The translations under genes were made by a program, and so were the position numbers. The notes beneath the pieces are model-generated. The model worked only from the letters and a program-made list of their open reading frames with translations. It did not search any database and was not told the DNA's origin. From a bacterium (GTDB lineage: Bacteria; Planctomycetota; JADGBV01), in contig JAHFOS010000004.1 of assembly GCA_023261545.1 (NCBI GenBank), positions 1 to 63,865 of the forward strand: a stretch of DNA of 63,865 nucleotides. Direction: 5' to 3'. Below are positions 48,322 to 55,314 of this stretch, piece after piece (within the stretch, counting starts at the first letter, position 1; every line of letters begins with the position of its first letter).

Positions 48322-48729
48322 CTAGGGAGCCTTCCCGACCGGCGGATCTTCCCGGCGCTGTGCCAACCATTCGCTCAAGGCTTCGAGTTCCTCCGAGCTT
48401 CCGGCAAAAAGTTTTCTGTGCTTCTTTTTTCCCATTTTGCTCTCCTTGGCTATTTTTTTAGTAAGGAACTTCTGGATCCATGTCGCGTCGTGATCGCGAC
48501 CCACGCCGGAGAGGTCGGGAGGCTCCACCTTGTCGTTTTCCTCTTCCTCAGCCTCATCCCCTTCCTTCTCTTGCACCGCTTCCTCTTTCTTTCCCAGACC
48601 CAAGGCCTTGATGGTGTGGCATTGCTGGCACTTGGAAGCCTCGAAGATCCTGCGGCCCGTCTCCTCTCCGCCGCTAGGCAGAGCAAAGACGGCCATGCCA
48701 CCGGCGATGGCGATGAGGTGCATTTTCAT
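48322..48729 (-). CDS. Secreted monohaem class-I cytochrome c with an acidic insertion
   Basis: Signal peptide MKMHLIAIAGGMAVFALP, a single CQQCH, and an acidic stretch EKEGDEAEEEEND. PPDLSGVG is typical of class I cytochromes. Confidence 0.8.
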   Translation of the reverse strand: MKMHLIAIAGGMAVFALPSGGEETGRRIFEASKCQQCHTIKALGLGKKEEAVQEKEGDEAEEEENDKVEPPDLSGVGRDHDATWIQKFLTKKIAKESKMGKKKHRKLFAGSSEELEALSEWLAQRREDPPVGKAP

Positions 48730-48739
48730 GGCGGCCTTT

Positions 48740-49969
48740 TCAGAACATGACGCGGATGTTGAACTGGTAGTCGTACTTGGATGAGTCGTCGAGGTTAAAG
48801 GTGAGGTGCAGGCTGGGCCGCACGTTCTCCCTGGGGAAGAAGGTCAGCGAAGGCGTGAGCTTCTCCGTCTCGATGCTCGTGTCGTCCGAGTTCACGATGT
48901 CGTACTGCAGGGCCGGGTAGATCTTGGGCAGGCCATCCTTGTCGGTGACCATATAGGCCGTGACGAGGGAGATGCCGTCGAAGTCGTTCGCCGTTGGCGT
49001 GGCGCCCAGTTTCCAGTTGTCGTCCTTCCCCTGGGCGTAGCCGGCCTGGAGGTCAAAGGCGCCGCGGCGCAAGTTGAACTCCACGCTGTTGCGCTGGAAG
49101 TCGTTGTAGGTGGGAAAGGTGGCGATATCCTTGGTGTCCGTGCCCTGGTAGTGCCAGATCGAGACGTTGGAGCCCACCCATTTGGAGCCGCGCGCCTCGG
49201 TGACCTCAAAGCGCAGGCCGCCCCAGTAATGCAGTTCATCGTTGGGATCCGCGGGGGTGCTGCCCGGTCCCGCCCCCAGCCACCAGACCACGGGTCCCTG
49301 GTAGCCGTAATACTGGATTCCCGGCCGCGCCGAGCTCAGATCCACGCTGTCCTCGCCCTTGCCGTTGGCCGATTTCACGGCGTAAACCTCGGCTTTGACG
49401 GGGGGAAGGATGCGCAGGCGGTTGGAATAGCCCCCGTAGTCGCGCGGGCTGATGTTGCCAACATGGAAGTTGACGGCGCTGGAACCCCCGAGGTTGTGGA
49501 AGCCGAGGTGATACCAGTTGAAAAGGGACTTGCCGCTCTCCTGCTCCATCTCGATGAAGATCGAGATGTTTTTGGCGATGGACCCCGCGAAGAAGAGTTG
49601 CAGCCAGTCGGGATTGCCCATGGTGAGCTGGTCGGTTTTCTTCCCCTTCACCGTCAGGCTGTCGCCCTTCAGTCGCAGCGGTGTCACGCTCAGGCGCACG
49701 CCGAAAAAGTCGTCCACGCTGCTGAGGAAGGTCTTGGCATTGATGGCCTTCTTCTTGAGCGTATCGCCGTCGGGCTTCTCGTTGTCCGGGTCCTGGTAGC
49801 CGTTCCTGAGAAAACGCTCGCCATAATAGTTGAGGCGCGGAAAGGCGCTGTGGCAGGTATAGCACGAGGTCTTGTACTTGCGCGCCCACGCCGAGGTGGC
49901 GAAGACGGCGGAGGGAGAGTACGCGAGCGCCGCGAAAAGGGCTATCCGGAAGATGATTTTGCCGTTCAT
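48740..49969 (-). CDS. Candidate fused outer-membrane porin-cytochrome (Cyc2 / Cyt572-like): signal peptide, single N-terminal CXXCH, beta-barrel body
   Basis: Signal peptide is MNGKIIFRIALFAALAYSPSAVFA. The only two Cys residues in the 409-aa protein form CYTCH (nt 49850-49864). The rest is Y/G/N/D/S-rich with an alternating beta-strand pattern and ends ...NIRVMF; a C-terminal Phe is an OMP hallmark. Confidence that this is a CDS is high. The Cyc2-like assignment is inferred from architecture, not from an alignment. Confidence 0.65.
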   Translation of the reverse strand: MNGKIIFRIALFAALAYSPSAVFATSAWARKYKTSCYTCHSAFPRLNYYGERFLRNGYQDPDNEKPDGDTLKKKAINAKTFLSSVDDFFGVRLSVTPLRLKGDSLTVKGKKTDQLTMGNPDWLQLFFAGSIAKNISIFIEMEQESGKSLFNWYHLGFHNLGGSSAVNFHVGNISPRDYGGYSNRLRILPPVKAEVYAVKSANGKGEDSVDLSSARPGIQYYGYQGPVVWWLGAGPGSTPADPNDELHYWGGLRFEVTEARGSKWVGSNVSIWHYQGTDTKDIATFPTYNDFQRNSVEFNLRRGAFDLQAGYAQGKDDNWKLGATPTANDFDGISLVTAYMVTDKDGLPKIYPALQYDIVNSDDTSIETEKLTPSLTFFPRENVRPSLHLTFNLDDSSKYDYQFNIRVMF

Positions 49970-50151
49970 AGAATCACCAAATTGTTGTCAGTTGGAACCA
50001 CCGGGAGCAAAAGCAATGCTCGTGCCAAAAAACGGCGGACGCGCTTAGCCTCCGCTAGACCTCATTTTTTTCGGGTCGTTGCCCCCGTGAAATCGTATTG
50101 ATTTGTCAGGGTCCAAGGCTGGGTGTAAAGAAATTTGCGCAGCATCCGCGC

Positions 50152-50178
50152 CCAAAAACAGCGCGGGCTCCGGCGCGT
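50152..50178 (-). terminator. Possible intrinsic terminator downstream of korB (imperfect GC hairpin followed by a T-run on the minus strand)
   Basis: The plus strand reads AAAAAC-AGCGCGGGCTCCGGCGCG. On the minus strand the GC-rich imperfect hairpin is followed by TGTTTTTGG. The stem contains a bulge. Confidence 0.4.
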
Positions 50179-50194
50179 GCGGTTTGTTTTTTTG

Positions 50195-51775
50195 TCAGCC
50201 ATCCCGGATCTCCCGCGCCGTCGCCTTTTCGTAGATGAACAAGAGCAGCCCCTTGATCGAGATGAGCCGGATGTTTCCGCGTCCGTCGCGTACCAGCAAG
50301 TGGCGGTAGCCTCCCGAGGCCAGGGTATGGAAGGCGAAGGCCACGCTGGAATGGGAGGGCAGCACCTCGGGGGCGGAAGTCATGATGGCGCGCACGCGGG
50401 TGGCGGGCGCGCGCGCGAGCAGGGGCAAGGCCTTCAGGAAAATGTCGCGCTCGGTAAGGATGCCGACGGTTCGCCCCTGCTCCACCACCGGCAGTGATCC
50501 GATGCCGCGCGCGCGCAAGACCGCGAGGGCGGATCGGACCTCGTCCTCAGGGGATACCGTGGCCGGGTGCTCGGAGGAACCGTAGCGATCGAGGATGTTC
50601 TCCAGCGACTCGGAAAAAGCGGCGGAATAGGGGTCGTTGGCGGGCAGGTTTTCGGCGCGCACCTGCTCGGCCATGACGCTTTGCTCTTCGGCGACGGGCG
50701 CTTCGGCCTCCCGCGGCTCGACGAGCCGCGGCTCCGCGGCCTCGCGCACCACCCAACTGCCTTGCGCCAGCAGCGCGCGCAACTCCTCCCGTACCTCGGG
50801 GGCAAAGGCCGGGCCGTGATGTGCCGTTGCCTGGGCCTTTTCCGCCAGCCGCAGTTCGAAAGGCGTGCCGCGATCCCAGCGCCTGAAAACTCCCACGGGC
50901 ACCGGCAGTCCGGGCTGTCCCATTTGGGCGAGCATGTTGGCGTAGGCCGGCTCCGCGCGGGTGGCGTCGTGCACCAGGATTTGGCTGGAATCCACCCCGT
51001 CCCGGCCCAAGCGCACGGCCTCGAGTTTGAAGCCCCGCAGGACGATGCCGCGATCGCGATCCTTGCCAAACAGCAGCGGCTCTCCGTGCTCAAGCATCAG
51101 CAGGCGCTCCTCGCGGTGTTCCCGATCCGTGATTTCCTCGTAGCAGCCGTCATTGAAGGTCACGCAGTTCTGGAGGACCTCGACGAAGGCTGAGCCGCGG
51201 TGATCGGCGGCGGCCTTGAGCACCTGGATCATCTGGCGCGGACTGTTGTCAACCGTGCGCGCGACGAAAGTGCACTCGGCGGCGATGGCGATGCACAGCG
51301 GATTCACCGGGGATTCCAGCGATCCGCCGGGCGAGGTCTTGCTCACCTGGCCCAGCGGCGAGGTGGGGCTGTACTGACCCTTGGTGAGGCCGTAGATGCG
51401 GTTGTTGAACAGGATGATCTTGAGCCCCACGTTGCGGCGCAGCGCGTGCAAAAGGTGATTGCCGCCGATGCTGAGTCCGTCGCCATCCCCGGTGATGACC
51501 CAGACGGAGAGCTCGGGATTGGCCACCTTGACCCCTGTGGCCACCGTCGGCGCGCGCCCGTGGATGGTGTGAAATCCGTAAGTGTTGATGTAATAGGGCA
51601 GGCGGCTCGAACAGCCAATGCCGCTCACCACCGCAAAGCGTTCGCGTGGCAGCCCGGTTTCGGCGAAGACTTTTTGCAGCGAGTTGAGCACGGCGTAATC
51701 TCCGCAGCCCGGGCACCAGCGCACCTCATTGGTGGTGACGAAGTCCCGCTGCGTGAGGTTCGGAAAATGGCTCAT
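50195..51775 (-). CDS. korB: 2-oxoacid:ferredoxin oxidoreductase beta (TPP-binding) subunit with a fused C-terminal CBS-domain pair
   Basis: The N-terminal ~300 aa have WCPGCGDYAVL, GIGCSSR and ITGDGDGLSIGGNH (TPP motif). Residues ~400-520 have two CBS-like repeats (SLPVVEQGRTVGILTERDI and HLLVRDGRGNIRLISIKGLL). ATGA overlap with the korA stop. Confidence 0.9.
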   Translation of the reverse strand: MSHFPNLTQRDFVTTNEVRWCPGCGDYAVLNSLQKVFAETGLPRERFAVVSGIGCSSRLPYYINTYGFHTIHGRAPTVATGVKVANPELSVWVITGDGDGLSIGGNHLLHALRRNVGLKIILFNNRIYGLTKGQYSPTSPLGQVSKTSPGGSLESPVNPLCIAIAAECTFVARTVDNSPRQMIQVLKAAADHRGSAFVEVLQNCVTFNDGCYEEITDREHREERLLMLEHGEPLLFGKDRDRGIVLRGFKLEAVRLGRDGVDSSQILVHDATRAEPAYANMLAQMGQPGLPVPVGVFRRWDRGTPFELRLAEKAQATAHHGPAFAPEVREELRALLAQGSWVVREAAEPRLVEPREAEAPVAEEQSVMAEQVRAENLPANDPYSAAFSESLENILDRYGSSEHPATVSPEDEVRSALAVLRARGIGSLPVVEQGRTVGILTERDIFLKALPLLARAPATRVRAIMTSAPEVLPSHSSVAFAFHTLASGGYRHLLVRDGRGNIRLISIKGLLLFIYEKATAREIRDG

Positions 51776-53622
51776 GCCGTGCGCCTCCCCCGCGAAAGCT
51801 CACGCACGCGCTCGCAAATCTCAACGACGGTGAAAGGCTGACCGCGCACCTTGCTGAGCGGCACCACCTTGCGCAGCAGCCGGTCCTGCAACAGCAGGGC
51901 AAGCTGGCCCAGATTGAGTTCGGGGACCAGGACCGTAGGAAATCGCTCCAGCAACGCCGGCAGGTCCGCGGGCAGAGGCGCGAGCTGGCGCAGGTGCGCC
52001 AAGGCCACGGGCCGGCCTTCGGCGCAAAGCTTTTCTACCGCCGCGGCGATGGCGCCGTAAGTGCTGCCCCAACCGACGATGATGAGGTCCGCCTCCTTAT
52101 CCCCTTCAATGGCGAGCGGAGGCAGGCGCTGCGCGATATTGCGGATCTTGCGCGCCCGCAACTTCACCATGAGCTCGTGGTTGCCGGGATCGTAGCTCAC
52201 CCAGCCTTGTTCGTTCTTTTCGAGACCGCCGATGCGGTGTTCATGCCCCGGCTCTCCTGGCGGGGCCAAGTGTCGCGCCAGGCTCTGGAGATCGCGGCGG
52301 TAGGGCTGGTAGTCCCCATCAGGGACCACGGGCGCGTCACCGCGCTGTGCCAGCAATTCATCAGGATCTGGGATGCGCCAGATCTCGCTGCTGCTCGCCA
52401 AATACCCGTCGCTCAGCACCAGCACCGGCGTGCTCAGGCGCAGCGCCAGCCCGCAGGCCTCGAACACGACGGCGAAGCAGTCCGCCGGGGAGCGCGCGGC
52501 CAGCACGGGCAGCGGCGACTCGCCATGACGGCCAAACAGGGCCATGAGCAGATCGGATTGCTCGGTTTTGGTGGGCAGTCCCGTGCTCGGGCCCGCCCGC
52601 TGCACGTCCACCACCACCAGGGGTAGTTCCGCCATGACCGCCAAACCCAGGAACTCGGCCATCAGGCACAATCCCGGCCCGCTGGTGACGCTGATGCCCA
52701 GAGAACCGGCCCAACTGGCTCCCAGCGCGATCCCGGCGGCGGCCATTTCATCCTCGGCTTGAACCGTTTTCACCGCGGGCGACCCGTTCCTGGCCAGGAG
52801 CTCCAATATTGAGGAGGCCGGCGTGATGGGATACCCTCCGAGCACGATGGATTTGCCATAGATGCGCGCGGCGGCCTGGAATCCCAAGGCGGCGGCCTCA
52901 TTGCCGTTGATCTTGCGGTAATGGCCGGGCCGCGGAGCGGAGCGGGCCACGTTCCGTCGGGGCAGCTTTACGCCGGCCTCGCCGCCGGCACACAAGGCAG
53001 TGCTGTTGGCCAGCGCCACAGCCTCGTCGTTGCGCCACTTGGCCTCGATGCGCCGCAAAACCGGTTCCCGTGGCAGGTCCACCGTGGCCAGGAGCACGCC
53101 TAGGGCGTAGAAATTACGACAGCGCTTTTTTTCGGTCGCACCGAGCGCGCTGTCCGCCAGCGCCAGTAAAGTGCCGGTGGTGATTTGCAGATCCGCGACC
53201 CGGAAGCGCAGACGCAGGTCCGGATCCACCAGAGGATTTTGGGCGTATCCCGCCTTGCGCAGGGAGGACTCGTTGAAGGTGTCGGCATCGGCCATCAGCG
53301 TTCCGCCAGAAGCGAGCTCGCAAAGATGCACGCGCAATGCGGCCGGGTTCATGACCAGGAGGACGTCAGGCCGGTCGCCCGGGGTGAGGGTTCGCCCCGC
53401 TCCGAACTGCAATTGGTATGCGGAAACCCCGGGCAGCGTTCCCTGTGGGGCGCGGATCTCGGCGGGAAAATCAACGAAAGTGCACAGGGCATGGCCGGCC
53501 AGGGCGCAACTCTCTGAAAAGAGTTCTCCCATCATCTGCATGCCATCCCCCGAGTCGCCAGCCAGGCGCACCACCAGCGCGCGCAGCGGCTCGACCTCGC
53601 CATCCGCCCCGTTGCCGTTCAT
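51772..53622 (-). CDS. korA: 2-oxoacid:ferredoxin oxidoreductase alpha subunit (fused gamma+alpha domains)
   Basis: 616 aa. The N-terminal gamma-like domain has LAGDSGDGMQMMG...DFPAEIRAP. The alpha domain has GYPITPASSILE and EDEMAAAGIALGASWAG. Confidence 0.9.
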   Translation of the reverse strand: MNGNGADGEVEPLRALVVRLAGDSGDGMQMMGELFSESCALAGHALCTFVDFPAEIRAPQGTLPGVSAYQLQFGAGRTLTPGDRPDVLLVMNPAALRVHLCELASGGTLMADADTFNESSLRKAGYAQNPLVDPDLRLRFRVADLQITTGTLLALADSALGATEKKRCRNFYALGVLLATVDLPREPVLRRIEAKWRNDEAVALANSTALCAGGEAGVKLPRRNVARSAPRPGHYRKINGNEAAALGFQAAARIYGKSIVLGGYPITPASSILELLARNGSPAVKTVQAEDEMAAAGIALGASWAGSLGISVTSGPGLCLMAEFLGLAVMAELPLVVVDVQRAGPSTGLPTKTEQSDLLMALFGRHGESPLPVLAARSPADCFAVVFEACGLALRLSTPVLVLSDGYLASSSEIWRIPDPDELLAQRGDAPVVPDGDYQPYRRDLQSLARHLAPPGEPGHEHRIGGLEKNEQGWVSYDPGNHELMVKLRARKIRNIAQRLPPLAIEGDKEADLIIVGWGSTYGAIAAAVEKLCAEGRPVALAHLRQLAPLPADLPALLERFPTVLVPELNLGQLALLLQDRLLRKVVPLSKVRGQPFTVVEICERVRELSRGRRTA

Positions 53623-54129
53623 TCACGCTCCTTCCGACCGCCTGGAGACCGCGCGTTTCTCTGGCGGCAGATTCATGAGCGCCGCGGGGAAATGCTCCGC
53701 TAGAAAAAAGGTGATGGATTTCACGGACAGAAGGCCGTGGACGGCGCGATCATCACCCAGGACCGGCAGATAGGTGAGCTGACGGCTCACGAACAGGCGC
53801 AGGGCCTCGGAAAGGGGAGCCTCGGCCTGAATGCTCGGAGCCTCCTCGTCCATCACCTCGCCGACGCTGAGGCGGGACGCGGTCTCATCGCTATCCACGC
53901 TGGCGAGGATGGCCCGTTCGGTGAGCAGCCCCTCCATGCGGCGATCCGCGCCCACCACGACGGCGCAGCCCTTGCTCAAATAACGCATGCGCTTAAGGCA
54001 TAAGAAAAGATTCTCTCTGGGTTCGGAGGTGAGGGGATGACGGATGCACAGGTAGCCGACGCGTTCCGACCACAGATCCCAGGGCTTGGAGGAAGCTTCC
54101 GGAGAGACGGAGGGCGCGGAAATATTCAT
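53623..54129 (-). CDS. Stand-alone CBS-domain-pair protein
   Basis: Two CBS-like repeats: AVVVGADRRMEGLLTERAIL, and YLPVLGDDRAVHGLLSVKSI. Its stop abuts the korA start (TGAATG). ATG 54129 was chosen; the track ORF opens at 54249. Confidence 0.7.
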   Translation of the reverse strand: MNISAPSVSPEASSKPWDLWSERVGYLCIRHPLTSEPRENLFLCLKRMRYLSKGCAVVVGADRRMEGLLTERAILASVDSDETASRLSVGEVMDEEAPSIQAEAPLSEALRLFVSRQLTYLPVLGDDRAVHGLLSVKSITFFLAEHFPAALMNLPPEKRAVSRRSEGA

Positions 54130-54458
54130 GGCGGGGCGGTGGATGAACCGCGATCGAAGAGTGAAAAAAATACCAGCAAATAGCGGGCTATGACACGAAG
54201 TCCCAAGAGGCGCGGCCTGAGCCAGGTCCTTAAAAAGCGGATTCGGCACAAGGGGATGCCAAATAGTGGGAGTTCACAGAGATGAATTCTTGAGCGTAAG
54301 AACCGCGACAATCCTTCGTCAATTTTTTTGTCTTAAGTTCCTAGTTTCCAGCTCTGCCTAGAGCAGATCCCCAACTAAATCAATGCCTTGCGAGCGAAGC
54401 TCCTCAGCGCGGTGATTGCTCCCGACAGATTGGGCCCTAGTCCAAAAGGAGGCCTGCC

Positions 54459-54776
54459 ATGGAAGCTATGATTATTGACACCGTAGTTCCTTTGCTCTTT
54501 GCCCTCGGCGTCGTCGCCGTGCTGGTGTTGACCTCGTTCCTGCTGTCCGCTCCGAAGGTGCGCACCCTGAGAAAAGAGGCTTTTTGTCCGACCCGCAAGC
54601 GCTTCTTTAGAGTGGTCTTTGCCCTGGACCCCATCCGCAATAAACCGCATTGCGTGGACGTCGTTGCGTGTTCGGCTTTCGCACGTGGTCAAGCCATCCG
54701 CTGCAGCAGGTCGTGTGTAAAAAACGCGAATCACGCGCAGGAGGAACCGGCAGACAAGCATCCGGTTGCGGCCTAG
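54459..54776 (+). CDS. Hypothetical small membrane protein: one TM helix plus a Cys-rich basic tail
   Basis: A strong AAAGGAGG lies 8 nt upstream of ATG 54459. The TM segment is VVPLLFALGVVAVLVLTSFLL. The C-terminal part has 6 Cys. I recognise no family. Confidence 0.4.
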   Translation: MEAMIIDTVVPLLFALGVVAVLVLTSFLLSAPKVRTLRKEAFCPTRKRFFRVVFALDPIRNKPHCVDVVACSAFARGQAIRCSRSCVKNANHAQEEPADKHPVAA

Positions 54777-54879
54777 GGAGACGCGCCGGGCGGAACCTCG
54801 CTACTGCGATACCGTGAAAGCTGCGTAAGGCGCAGCGGGCGGGTCAGTCCTCGGGGAGGAACGCACGGCAGGACGGCTC

Positions 54880-55071
54880 TTACGAGAGGATGATTTGGTG
54901 GTGTTCTTCGAGGAAGGCGCGCAAATTATGCAGGAAATGGAGGTTGTCGTAGCGTATCTTGATGTAACCGCTGCGGGCCTTGAGGACAACAGCGTTCTCG
55001 ACGGCGCTGACGGGCTCAAGCGCCAGCTTGGTCACCAGCGCCTTGTTCTCTTCAATCTGTTTTTGAGACAT
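54880..55071 (-). CDS. Hypothetical 63-aa protein
   Basis: The translation has a balanced, protein-like composition (MSQKQIEENKALVTKLALEP...). The two overlapping alternative ORFs are Ser/Pro/Arg- or Gly/Val-rich junk. No clear RBS. Confidence 0.4.
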   Translation of the reverse strand: MSQKQIEENKALVTKLALEPVSAVENAVVLKARSGYIKIRYDNLHFLHNLRAFLEEHHQIILS

Positions 55072-55180
55072 GGTTCGTGGCCTTGAAATCGCGTTGGGGG
55101 GTCTGCTTTGGTTGCAGCAAACGTCATGCCGTGTAAGCCCAACCTTAAATTCCGTGGCTTTTACTACAGGTTTTGGGCTC

Positions 55181-55216
55181 CCCCCAAAAACTCAAGCTCC
55201 CGCGGGGGAGCTTGAG
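55181..55216 (-). terminator. Intrinsic terminator of the porin operon
   Basis: A perfect 11-bp stem CTCAAGCTCCC / GGGAGCTTGAG (55191-55216) with a 4-nt loop. On the minus strand it is followed by TTTTTGGGGGG. It lies ~100 nt downstream of the porin stop at 55315. Confidence 0.75.
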
Positions 55217-55314
55217 TTGACAACTGACAGCGGAATTGACCGGGGAGGTGCCAAGCTCCGGAACGCATGCCGTCTGCACCGTACAGGGAACTTCCCGGCA
55301 TTGCTTCGGAGCCC

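Noticed and set aside
48806-50101. 431-aa plus-strand ORF
   Set aside because: It is antisense to the porin-cytochrome gene. Its composition (Val/Gly/Ala/Arg/His/Asp) is typical of antisense frames, whereas the minus-strand product has a signal peptide, a haem motif and an OMP terminus.
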